A stretch of 61,967 nt of DNA, filler included, from Sphacelaria rigidula (taxonomy: Eukaryota): assembly GCA_964200075.2 (NCBI GenBank). It is 10 parts of 10 records of this genome, joined end to end, with 100 filler letters (N's around TTAATTAATTAA, not from the genome) between each part and the next. Parts side by side here need not be neighbours in the genome. Positions count along the whole stretch, not along the records: positions 1 to 6,107 come from CAXNAA020022178.1; positions 6,208 to 12,314 come from CAXNAA020022179.1; 8 more parts are not named here. One strand, 5' to 3'. The notes under the pieces were generated by a model. It ran no database searches. It had not been told where the DNA came from and saw only the letters and a program-made list of their open reading frames with translations. The position numbers and the translations under genes are program-made. This document shows, piece by piece, positions 1 to 10,315 of this stretch. The first letter of the stretch is position 1, and every line of letters begins with the position of its first letter.

Positions 1-1969
1 GGGATTGATTCGTACGATTCGAATCAATTACAGTAAAACCAAGTATTTCCCAGACGAATCATTGATTTGTCCGAACCTTGTAACAGTTGATGTTTTGTAC
101 TCGCCTTCGTGATGGCACGGCAGTGCTTCGCTCGGATGGTGTCCCGCCGTCATTTTTTTAGCCCGGTCCATCGTGGTATATGGGAGAATCTTGCTGTTCC
201 GCGCAAAATTCCAAAATCCGCTACCCCGGCTGTACCGCAAAGTCGCAACGATTGTACACACTGCTTCCATGATGTGCCCTGCCGTGCGAATTCCGTGATA
301 CGCCCGTACCGTACCGTACCGTACCGTGCCGTACGGTAGGGATGACGGAAACGCCATGGACAAGTGGGTAAGAGTGTAAAACTTGTACGTCGTGGATGAT
401 GACACTAAATCACGTTGTCAAAAAGTGTATTGCGTGCAGTATCGACTGTTGCGTGTATTGCAACAGACAATAGGTTCTATTCTGTACGTGGTACACTTTT
501 TTGACAACGTGATCTATTGTCACTGTCCAAGGCGTAATAACGTGCGACTCACAGCTTGTATCATCACCACGGGAAGTTACTTTTATGGACTTGGAGTTCG
601 GATTCTGAGCAATGTCTTTCTGGTGCGCTTGTCTCCATTATTTGTTTTTATTCGTCTTTCCGTCTGCCGTTTTGTTCTTGAGTTCCCTCCGTGCCTGCGC
701 GATATATGTATATATGTATAGGATCTATCTCGAGACCGCGTTTGATTTGTCGAGAGAGAACGTGCGTACGACTTACATACGTATTTCGCTGTATGTATAT
801 ACAGTTGTACGTCGGGTATGCTGAAATCCGAGAGTTATCGCGGTAAGGTACTGATGTGTCCAATCATTGCGATGAAAAGTTGATGGTTTGATTTTTCCGC
901 GTAGGTACAGCAGTCGTCCGCACCCCTACCACGGTTTTGGAAAATGACATGCCGTGGTGCCGAGCGACACCAAGATGGCGCGATGCCACCCGTACCGCAC
1001 TTTACAGGTGCCGCACACCGTGTACCGCAGTGATGACCCTGAAATCACGTACCATGCCGTGAGGTCAATTCTCGAATACCGCTCCGGAGCAAAACCCTGT
1101 AATGGAGAGTGTACTTGTTTGGGTTAGGGTCGTGTTAATACTTGTTTGGTGTCCTCTTCGTAGGGTTGCGTTGTATCGGAGACATGGGGTGCTTAACGGG
1201 TGTGGGATCTAGAACCTTCCGGTTCGACTTTGCGCAGATCGGACGAGTTTGGCCAAGTTGGTTGCAGTGGAACACGGTCTAATGTACCAGCCGTGGGTGT
1301 CAAGGTTGTGTGGCCCGATAAGCCTTCATCTGGAGGTGATATTAAGGGACGGGGTGGCGGACAACGTAACCGATTACAGTGCTGTAGTTGAGGTACACGC
1401 TGGGGTGATGCCAAGGATAGCTCATTGCGTGCTACACGCGGGTGTATTTGAGGGGCTGATATTCAGCTTACCGGCGATACCTTGTTTTACAGCACCTCTT
1501 CCGTGCGATTGTGGAACACGTGTCTGGGCGCGGGCGTTGTTGGATACCCTGGTACGAGCTGCTCGTCTCCGTCTGTTGTCACCTACAGGGACGATGCGTG
1601 CTGGTGTGTCACATCTGCGTCTGTTCGCATCTTGTTATTGGTAGATAGCATTTGTCCGTCCGTTTTATGTGTCTGGTGAGACGGCAGTGCGTTTTTGGGT
1701 GGCCGGGTGGCCGGCGTGTCGCACATGATGAGCGAATCGGGCAGGGCTAAGGCTCCGAAGGAGGGTCCATCATTCGTCGCTGTTGTTTTGGATGATGACA
1801 CGCGTATACCCGTGTAGTTAGTGATGGGTGGTCGTATCATCCGTCGTTGCTAGAGACGGAAAGAAGAAGAAAATGAGGAAAAATACGATTATTCATTTGT
1901 TTCCGTGACTTGAGTATGATCCACACTGCTATGTTATATGACTGGTGTGTCTGCATGGATAATGATCAG

Positions 1970-2099
1970 GATGACCGCGTTAAGTACCAAGCCGAGACGG
2001 GCAGGGGTAAGATGGAGAAGGAGGCCCTGCTAAACGACTCGGACAGCTTGTGGGCGGAGTTCAGACACGCGCACATCGCCAAGGTTCTGAACGATCTCG
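1970..2099 (+). CDS. Sec1/Munc18 (SM) family protein, internal exon A
   Basis: CAG acceptor at 1967-1969 and GTGAG donor at 2100. Peptide DDRVKYQAETGRGKMEKEALLNDSDSLWAEFRHAHIAKVLNDL fits the SM-family L-x(4-5)-LW-x2-(L/F)RH-x-HIA-x-V motif. Ends in phase 1. Confidence 0.9.
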
Positions 2100-2287
2100 G
2101 TGAGCGAAGCGATCCTGTTTGTTGAGGTTCCAGTGCAAATCATGCCGTAAGATGAGGGTTAAGCGAAAGCATACGGCAGCCGAGTTATAATGTTCGACTC
2201 GAGTGAGTGTTGGGCATCAACCTCCTACAAAGTCCGTTGATTTTTCCCGTTTACTCAGGTTTCTTGATGGTTGCGACATGAGGCACG

Positions 2288-2998
2288 CAAGAGTTTTCTG
2301 GGTAGGGTAAATACCCAAGTATTTTCTCTACCGTATTTTGTGTTGCAATGGTTCGATCTCTGAAGTATTTCCAAATATTGGTGAAAGTCAGGTACGGCCG
2401 CATTACTCGACCCAATATCTGGGTATTGTTGATCACGTCCTCAACACTCTACCCGAATTTTGGGCGCTTAGGCCGGATGTTATGGCCCACGGATTGTTCA
2501 CTTTGGGGGCGTTTGAGCCACTTTTTGACCCCCAAACAGGGAAAACCGCCAACACACGTCTCGGACACTTTGCATCATCCCACAGAGGGGAGCCTAGCCC
2601 GCTTTTCAGATTCGCTTGACTCCAAGGTTTCGACAGTGGCCGCTGAACAATAATCCGTGTGCAATAAAATCTACGGCGGTCTCCACAGATTATTGGGCAA
2701 ACTGGCGGGGGTCGGCAACCACAGATTTTTGCACACAATTTTTTGTCCAGCGGCCGAACTCGAAACCTCGGAGCCAAGCGAACCTCGAAAGCAGACTAGG
2801 CTCCTCTCTGTAGGGTGATGCAAGGTGTCCGAGACGTGGGTTGGCGATTTTCCCTGTTTGGGGGTCAAAAAGTGGCTCAAACGCCCCAAAAGTGAACAAT
2901 CCGTGAGCCAAAAATTTGTTTGCCATAACATCCGGCCTTGAGAGTAGGATTTTTCAGTAATCCCATTTGTAGGATATCACCCACTCAACACAGCCTTG
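2288..2998. mobile_element. hAT-type MITE (CAAG...CTTG) interrupted by a second MITE; same family at 8753-9007 and ~26351-27207
   Basis: Shared body GGTAGGGTAAATACCC...AATATCTGGGTATTGTT. Degenerate 8-bp flanks GAGGCACG / AAGGCGTG. Confidence 0.65.
2471..2937. mobile_element. Long-TIR palindromic MITE, PIF/Harbinger (Tourist)-like
   Basis: ~170-bp inverted arms from GGCCGGATGTTATGGC to GCCATAACATCCGGCC. Flanks TTA / TTG. Confidence 0.72.
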
Positions 2999-3407
2999 AA
3001 GGCGTGAATGTTGTAGTACTGTCGGTGCGCACATATGTCTTTCTCGTGTTGCTATTGTCGAGGGCAGTTGCGTTTTGCACAGACTGTACTTGGTGTACAT
3101 TCTTGTAGTACGTGCGGTTTCTGGAACAAGGCGAGCCAGGAATTCTCACCCGATGCCCTCTTGTCTACTGTGAGTCCTTTACATGCCGGACAAAACTGAA
3201 CCTCTACTTGTTCGCACACGAGGTGACGGCGTGTTTGATCTGTGGTGGACGGAGCATTGTCTGCAGTACATGTACAATCACGTTCATATATGTGCTCCTT
3301 CGTGAATGATGACATTTTTGTCCTGCGCAATATGTTCGAAATCGTTGGATACAATTTTATGTCGTGAACCATATCGGGTCTCCTTCATGTCTATGTTTAA
3401 TGGCCAG

Positions 3408-3478
3408 GCAATCGATTTCGTGAGTTGGTGGCGAGTAATGCCGGGGCGGCAGCGCTGGTGAAGGGCAACGGTCGAAAT
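3408..3478 (+). CDS. Sec1/Munc18 family protein, internal exon B
   Basis: CAG acceptor and GTGAG donor. A phase-1 join to exon A gives G-NRFRELVASNAGAAALVKGNGRN. Ends in phase 0. Confidence 0.8.
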
Positions 3479-3545
3479 GTGAGTTTTTCTTTTTCTTGTC
3501 TTTTTACATCCGTTTCACGTTTGTTCATGTCATCAATGGAGACAA

Positions 3546-3570
3546 GGGTTAGGGTTAGGGTTAGGGTTAG
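3546..3570 (+). repeat. Interstitial (TTAGGG)~4 tract; a (TTAGGG)3 tract also occurs at ~11982-12000
   Basis: Directly visible AGGGTTAGGGTTAGGGTTAGGGTTAGG. Confidence 0.85.
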
Positions 3571-3877
3571 GAGACAAGCAGCCCCCCCCCTCCCTGTTTG
3601 GGATAACGCGTCGCCTTGCTTTTTTTATTGTTGGTGCTTTGTATGTACTTGTGGTATTCTGACGTTTTGAAGTGTGAGGTTTTCAATGAGATTTTTTTGC
3701 ATCAGTCGTCTTTTTCTCAATGTTTGGATACATATACACGGTGGTATCGACGAAGGGCATTAGAATTACCCCCGCCCCGCCCCAGAAGTTATATAGTGGC
3801 AGAATGTGAACTGAACTATACAAGGAGGAACGGGACGCGTTAGAGGGGGAGGTGCGGGACGTGAACGAAGGTGGCAT

Positions 3878-4099
3878 AAAACGATGGCTATACTAGGAGA
3901 TAGCTGGTGGCCACAGACGGCGAAACGAGACGGGGATAATATATGTGAACGGTTTTTGTGCAATGTATGGAAGAAGCGTAATGAGCGCAGGAATGTTGGA
4001 GGTGTCTCTATTAGGAGTAGGGACGGTGCTCCGTCCCGAAAGGGATACGTGGTGAATGGTCAAACGACTAAGGCAAGCAACAAATCAGCACGCCCCCCC
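3878..4099 (+). mobile_element. 5'-truncated LINE-like fragment (ORF2 C-terminus plus C-tail), copy 1
   Basis: Encodes MAILGDSWWPQTAK...FLCNVWKKRNERRNVGGVSIRSRDGAPSRKGYVVNGQTTKASNK followed by a C-run. Seven copies in the window share this 3' end. Confidence 0.7.
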
Positions 4100-4256
4100 G
4101 GTACACGCCTTGCATTGGATCTCTCGCGGTGTTTCGAGTATATGCAGAATGTGACGAAGTGCTGTCCGTATAACTGTTATTGTCCGTATAACTGTTATTG
4201 TCGGTGTCGCTGTCGTCGTCATCGTCGTCGTCATCGTCGTCGTTGTTGTTGTGTAG

Positions 4257-4364
4257 ATGAGCGTGGAGGAAATGGCAAAGGCAACAAGGGATCTGCCAGA
4301 ATTTCAGGAGCTGAGCAAGAAAATGTCTCAGCATGTCCGTCTTTCGCAGGATTGCATGTCGAAG
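4257..4364 (+). CDS. Sec1/Munc18 family protein, internal exon C
   Basis: TAG acceptor, GTACG donor, 36 codons. MSVEEMAKATRDLPEFQELSKKMSQHVRLSQDCMSK resembles the Munc18 domain-3a segment ([27 protein letters not shown]). Confidence 0.88.
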
Positions 4365-5288
4365 GTACGCCTACACTAACCATGCGTCGATGTCCCTGAC
4401 GTTGGCGTTGATGTTGATGTTGATGTGTATGTCCTTTTCTCACGATCTGTCGGTAACATGAATCGGAATGATCTTCCCAAAATGTCGACAACGTGCGATA
4501 CACATGGGTACACCCACCCATGAACATGGGTATACCCACTCATGCGGAGGAAATGTACTGTGACGGCGTAGCCTGGAGCGAATCGGATCGTTCGAAAAGT
4601 GGTTTGGGTGGTTCATCGTTTGGGGGTTGTCATTGTACCCACTCTCCAGATTTACGGGGTATTATTTGCAGTAACCAAAACTCTCACCCACAAGTGTCAT
4701 CGACGGCTCATAGCACAGGTTCTTCCAGGGTTCGTACGGTATAGGGGGGTGGAAGTAGTGAGTATTGCAAATTGCCTGAGCTATCGCCTGTCGAGAGTAC
4801 GTTGAGTGTAGGAGTTCGAGAGGGTGGTGAGACAGACAGTACGCACCTCTTTGACCCGCTATCCTCTTACTATGTCGCCCTGGGTATGCACGGGGTTTAC
4901 CGTGGATGTACTACTACCACCAGTCCCCCTCTCTCTAACGCTCACTTATCGTAAATCGTATCTATTCAACCGGATTGATCGATTGATTGTCGCACTTTAA
5001 CTGACCCCCAGGGGTCCAGCCGTGGTCTCTTGATGGACGTACACAAGAAAAACTGAAACTGAAACACGCTCTGAGGAAAATATGGAAAAAAAAAAAAAAA
5101 GAAGGGTCGAACAGAACGACATAGCAGACTTAAGTCGTAACAAAAAAAAAGGTAATCAAAAGTCAACACAAGCAACGCATAGAAAGAAATGGCCGACCTG
5201 AAGCAAGAAAAAAAAGAAATGAAGAGGAAAATTCAGAGCAAATAAAATAAAATACAACATCCGTTGTTCCGAGTAATTGAGGTCGCCT

Positions 5289-5538
5289 GAGTGATGCCGC
5301 GATACCCCCCCTCCCCCAAGCCAGCCCCGAGATTGTCGCGGAGAAACTCGTCAAAAAGAGCACGATAACTAGTTTCAGACTGCCTCAAGCGCCTCGTATG
5401 GGTGACAGTGGTGAAAACAATCCCAAGCATGCGAGTTTCCGGCCTCGTAAAGTGCTGAGCTTTCATCAATTTGATTGGCACGTGGATTTCGCCTGCTCAA
5501 ACTAGCCACTCCTGTAGGGGGGTATCGCGGTATCACTC
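5289..5538. mobile_element. MITE with GAGTGATGCCGCGATA-C(n) termini; relatives at 9727-9997, 15886-16660 and 23566-23811
   Basis: Inverted termini GAGTGATGCCGCGATACCCCCC / GGGGGTATCGCGGTATCACTC. The three relatives share a colinear interior with one another. Confidence 0.65.
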
Positions 5539-5940
5539 ACCTAGAGTAATCGCTGTGGATTGCACCGATTTTTTCAGTGTGTACCTGACTTATCGTTTGC
5601 CTCACCTACCGATTTATTCCGAGGCAGGTGGGGTGGATAAAAATTTCGGGAATTATCCAGTATTTCAGAGTTGGGGTACGAAGCGCAGAAGACACCGAGT
5701 ATGTTACGGTACATCGGGTGTCGAGGTTTGAAAATGCCGTAACCGCGTGAAGAGGCTCAAAGGTGTGTCAGACGACTTGGCTACTCGCGGCGCGTTCGTA
5801 TTGGGGTGAAAACGGTGTCATGTGGTATGAACGGGTGTCTACTTGGTACCAAGCGCGTTCGAACAAACGTTGCTGCTGTTAACGACGATTCCAGGTGGAA
5901 CCTCGTGGAAGAAATGGCATGAATTACCCCCCCCCTACAT

Positions 5941-6035
5941 CGGTGCTACGTCTTGAAAGGGATGCGTGGTCAATGGTCAAAAGACGAAGGCAAGGATCAA
6001 ATGAGTACGCCCCCCCCCCCCCCCCCCCCCCCCCC
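5941..6035 (+). mobile_element. Poly(C)-tailed LINE-like fragment, copy 2 (short)
   Basis: CGGTGCTACGTCTTGAAAGGGATGCGTGGTCAATGGTCAAA...AAATGAGTACG followed by ~26 C. Confidence 0.7.
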
Positions 6036-6107
6036 AAACCTCACTCCCAAGTCACGAGCAGAAGGGGGACCCCAGAGGGGGGGGGACAGTAGACATTGGG
6101 AGGTGGC

Positions 6108-6207
6108 NNNNNNNNNNNNNNNNNNNNNNNNNNNNNNNNNNNNNNNNNNNNTTAATTAATTAANNNNNNNNNNNNNNNNNNNNNNNNNNNNNNNNNNNNN
6201 NNNNNNN
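6108..6207. other. Artificial contig linker (N44-TTAATTAATTAA-N44). The same linker recurs at about 12315-12414, 18522-18621, 24729-24828, 30936-31035, 37143-37242, 43350-43449, 49556-49655 and 55762-55861
   Basis: The same 100-nt spacer, with stops in all six frames, recurs every ~6207 nt. Contigs are 6107 or 6106 nt long, so they are size-sorted. Confidence 0.98.
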
Positions 6208-6476
6208 AAACGACGTAAAAGCTCCAAAAAGATATTTTTCCGGGTTTTAATTTTTGTCTATTATAGGAAGCGGCCTTAGGGGTGGATTATTTACTCTTTG
6301 GAAAAAAGGAACACAATAGGATATACTATCATAGTAAATCAATCAATTAAATAAAGATTGTCTGAGGATGGATGGTTCGCTTTTATTTTTCGGACAAGGA
6401 AAAGACAACATAAAAAAAAGGGGCCAAATGAGCTAGTCCATGATCCGTATCAGTACACTAATGAGAAGTAATATTC

Positions 6477-6739
6477 CACGGTTAGGACGAATCATCACGA
6501 CTACGAAACACCAAAATCCGCGATTTCTCCGGCCTAAATACCCAAGAGGGAGAAAAAAGTTGACCCCTGGTCCAAGGGGTATGTATCCACGCAACTTTTG
6601 CGCCATTCCACGTGTCTGGGATGCGTGTACCTGGGTTGCAACACTGAAAACAAAGCCTGGGGATTGATTCGTACGATTCGAATCAACTATACTAAAATCA
6701 AGTAATTTGCAGACGAATCATTGATTTATCCGACCCTTG
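6477..6739. mobile_element. hAT-type MITE with perfect 8-bp TSD; a related right end lies at 1-80
   Basis: Imperfect TIRs CACGGTTAGGACGAATCA / TGATTTATCCGACCCTTG. TSD TAATATTC at 6469-6476 and 6740-6747. Confidence 0.8.
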
Positions 6740-6851
6740 TAATATTCAGATGGCTAATGAGCTGTCCGATCCGTGTACTAACGTGACAGTATCGTGCATC
6801 GAAGTCCAAGTGACGTTTCCCGGTGACGAAAGCTCGCAGGTGGGAGTTTGT

Positions 6852-6990
6852 CACACCCTGGACGATAGATTACATTGTCAAAAAATGTACTGCGTACAGT
6901 ATGGGATCTATTGTCTATTGCAATAGACAATAGATCCCATACTGTAGGTAGTACATTTTTTTGGCAATGTAATCTACTGTCCAGGGTGTG
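6852..6990. mobile_element. Near-perfect palindromic MITE (CACACCCTGGAC termini)
   Basis: The whole element is self-complementary around CTATTG|CAATAG. Flanks GAGTTTGT / AAGTTTGT give a 7/8 TSD. Relatives lie at ~352-537 and 44315-44508. Confidence 0.8.
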
Positions 6991-7053
6991 AAGTTTGTAC
7001 TGTATTTTCGCGAGTTCCCACAGGGTCAATTCCCATAATGTTGAAAAACTCAC

Positions 7054-7226
7054 GAGTAAGCTGCTGCCGGACTCCACATGCGCCAGAGTGATGACGTAAA
7101 TACCCGGAGCTTCCGCACTACCGTAGGAGTAGAGCGGGATCAGCACCACCAGTCCCCAGAACGACGCGAAAAGACAGATTCGAAGGCACAGATAGTTGAA
7201 CCGTACGAGGCAGTATGCATCCATGC
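7054..7226 (-). CDS. OSCA/CSC1/TMEM63 (ERD4-like, RSN1_TM) channel, downstream exon
   Basis: CAG acceptor at 7227-7229 and GTGAG donor. G-MDAYCLVRFNYLCLRICLFASFWGLVVLIPLYSYG...ITLAHVESGSSLL matches the family G(L/M)DAY-x-(F/L)(L/V)R and LIP(L/V) motifs. Phase matches the upstream exon. Confidence 0.9.
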
Positions 7227-8293
7227 CTGTTGGGGAAAACACATTATCGGCGAACAAGCGAGCACGTAACGTACATGATAAAAAATATATTTTACGAAGA
7301 GATTGATTGCCGATGAAAGTTCAAGAAAAGCAAGTAGGAAGGGGAAACAATAACACGGAACTAACCCCCCCCGAAACTTTCCAAACAACAGAAAAAAAAG
7401 AAACAGAGATTGTTTGCTGAGTCGTGCCTTCGGCATGGCGGAGATATGCATATATGCATTTCATGGTAAGTAGAGAGTGCGTGTTTGCACATAAGAAATG
7501 AATGAATAATGACTCTTTGACTGCGAGGCAGCTTGTGCCTTTTTTTTTTTCAATGCGAAATGCATCGCTACATGTTTTGATTTTCGTATTCGGTTGCTGC
7601 CCCCTAAAGCAACGATCGCAAAAAAGATCTTCAGGTCGACAGGTTGCAACAGACCTTTTGGCCTCCAGGGTGGGTAGGTCGGGTAATTTGCTTAGTCTGC
7701 ATCATTTTCAACTCTCCCAACGTGGGTGTCATGAAGACCGAAGGACCCACCTGGAGGTCAAAGGGTGAAGAGTATATGAGAAAACACATATTGTTATTCC
7801 TCTGATTTCTCGCGCACTACTCTTTTTTTTTCCTCCATTTTTTCATTTTTTCAAGACTGGCAGAGTACCTCATGATTCTCGAACGCTCGCAAGCACCATG
7901 GCGTACACGCAGCGTACCGCTCCGGAGTGCTGCGTTGTACATAATTTTTTTCGGACTTTTCCAGGAATGAGTCTTCGAGAAAAAAATCAAGTCGCTTCGT
8001 TTTCGGACAAAAGTCTAGACGTCTTGTCGAAAGAGTCCGAAAATTTACGAGACACTAATCTCCTCATACAACATAAACACAGAAATTGACAACGAAGGTG
8101 TGTTTGAGCAAGCACTTGATCCAAAAAATAACAAATATGTATACATGAAATTTAAATTTGCCGCATATACAACAGTGTTCTCTCGCCCGTCGTGCCGGAT
8201 ACCAGTTTAAAGTATAACCAGTACATGGTGATCATGTTTACTTTTGTCGTGATACTGTTCAACCGATCCACTATTTTTAGGACCAGTCCCTAG

Positions 8294-8626
8294 GCCGGTC
8301 GCCCTGGTGGCTCAGTAGGTAACCTCGAAGAATTCTGGCGGTTGGGTCGTGCGTTCAATTCTCGGAGCGATCTGGGATCAGCTTGTGCCTTTTTTTTTTT
8401 CAACAGTGGAGAGCGACTATGTCGTGGGCACACAAAATTCGACTCCACGGTTGACGAGGGAAAGGGACCACTGAACTCCTCTCGCGATAAAAAATAAGGC
8501 AAGCACCGCAGAAGGAACGTGGAGTATTAAAAAAGAACAGAAAAACCCGTTGTGTTGGCCTTCCTCCTGAATGTGACCCTGGCGTCCAGAATAGATGGGA
8601 TGGCAACACACACACAACACAACACA
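8294..8626 (+). mobile_element. tRNA-derived SINE family 1, full length with 10-bp TSD
   Basis: A-box TGGCTCAGTAGG, B-box-like GTTCAATTC and a (CA)n tail. TSD CAGTCCCTAG at 8284-8293 and 8627-8636. Confidence 0.85.
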
Positions 8627-8752
8627 CAGTCCCTAGTCGTCTTGAGGGATAAATCTACACATCTCCCCGTACACACGCACGTTCCACATCTCGGTATAGC
8701 GGGGTGGATAAGCACTCCCACAACGCGTCGACCTTTCGACGAATATATTCTC

Positions 8753-9007
8753 CAAGGGTGTGTGCTGGGTAGGGTAAATACCCGGGTATGTACTCTCCCG
8801 ATTTTTCTTCATGTTGCGATGGCCCGATCTCCAAACTCTACCCAGATATATTGGGTAAAGTTAGCTTCCGATTACATTACTTCGCCGAATATCTGGGTAT
8901 TGTTGGGTACAATCCTAATACTCCACTCTGACTCTGGGGTGCTTTCGAGCACGGTATATTTTTCAAAATACCCAAATGTAGGAAATACCCTACCCAGCAT
9001 ACTCTTG
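8753..9007. mobile_element. hAT-type MITE
   Basis: TIRs CAAGGGTGTGTGCTGGGTAGGG / CCCTACCCAGCATACTCTTG. Flanks ATATTCTC / AAATTTTC (6/8). Confidence 0.7.
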
Positions 9008-9439
9008 AAATTTTCCTTGCTAGCCATGCTCTCACGCTTTCGATGACGGGAATCAGGTACTTCTGATGGGAGTCGAAGCCTCCTGCTCTGCCGAAAACGC
9101 TTTCAAGATTGATCACGCACACCACCTAGGCGCGACATTTCCCAAGAAGTACATTACGAGTTTGGCTACCGGCCGGGGCCCTACAGCGGACTTGTATAAA
9201 CTACCATTCAATATCAACATTAGATGGAGATAAAATCATACCTGTATTGGTTCAACATTCGACCGCGAAGGTATGCTATCTATTCACGCAGCCATTTTTC
9301 AAACGAAATCAATTTCAATCAAACAGGTCACCAATGCTCACGGTCAAAGGGTTAAAGTAAACTCTCGGCTCGCGAAGGGTCGCACGTAAATTTCTTAGTA
9401 CCCTGCCGTCGGCCCATTTATTCAAGTCTCCACTTTTTT

Positions 9440-9728
9440 TTTCCAGTCTTCCTCGGGACGGTTCCGTGGTCTCAAGGGATCAACCCATCTCTCCCCAGTA
9501 CACGCCTTGCATGTTGGTCTCGCAAATTGATTGAGTTCGGCTACTCCGCAACCGCGTCAACTTTCGCCAAACAAACTCAGGCAACTGCTTTTTGTTTCCT
9601 CACGTACTCCCGCTTTTGACGGCGAAAATCAGATACCTCGAAATAAAAACCCCAACGCAAAGGGACTCGAAGCCACGTTTTCTTTACATTAACGGTTTCA
9701 GTCGGACCAGTACGCCACCAGGGCGGAC
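9440..9728 (-). mobile_element. Second tRNA-headed SINE-like family (related fragments near 4100-4130, 8630-8680, 52127-52160 and 52370-52520)
   Basis: Minus-strand head GCCCTGGTGGCGTACTGG (A-box) ... GGCTTCGAGTCCC (B-box-like). The body differs from family 1 and is repeated elsewhere in the window. Confidence 0.55.
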
Positions 9729-10113
9729 ACTTTCTACGATAGCCCCCCCCCCCCCAAAAAAAAAAAAACAGCCCAAAAGTGTCACGAAAAAAAAGTGGCC
9801 ATACAGCGCCTGATGTTTGGGTTCAGGCTGCACGAAGCGCCTCATATTGGCAACATTAGCGAGAACGAACCCAAGCGTGGGAATTCCCAGCTGTTCGTTG
9901 TGCTCGGCTTTCTTCACTTCGATTTACGTCAAGATTTTGCCTCCCAAAACCATACACTTCTTTTTTTTTGGGGGGGGGGGCTATCGTAGAAAGTGTCGGC
10001 GCAGTTCATACCTTTTGCCAGCGGCTTTTGGCAGAGAGTAACTTAAACAATCACCAGGCTTTTACATAGATATACTGTGTACCCGAACGGGACCTGGGAG
10101 CGACGTTACTCAC

Positions 10114-10315
10114 CGGCGAAGCGTAACGTCTCTGGACCCGGCATTCTCGCCACGGGCCATATCCATCGTAAAGGGCCGTAGGGAAGCTGTGGTGGAGTGC
10201 GGTGTGGGAGATGCTTCAGTCTCGGCGCGTACACGCTGCGCTTGTTGCGCTTGATCTCGAACAGTGCCCACAAGACCAACCCGATGGCTGCGTTCAGAAT
10301 GAGTGTTGTGACGAC
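10114..10315 (-). CDS. OSCA/CSC1/TMEM63 channel, upstream exon (first TM helix, YAPR motif)
   Basis: CAG acceptor and GTGAG donor, 67 codons + 1 nt: VVTTLILNAAIGLVLWALFEIKRNKRSVYAPRLKH...GPLRWIWPVARMPGPETLRFA. Confidence 0.9.

Noticed and set aside
3546..3570. True telomere
   Set aside because: Only ~4 units, internal to a Sec1 intron.
6152..6163. Regularly spaced TTAATTAATTAA palindromes (CRISPR-like or biological periodicity)
   Set aside because: They are embedded in fixed-length N runs and act as an assembly linker with six-frame stops.
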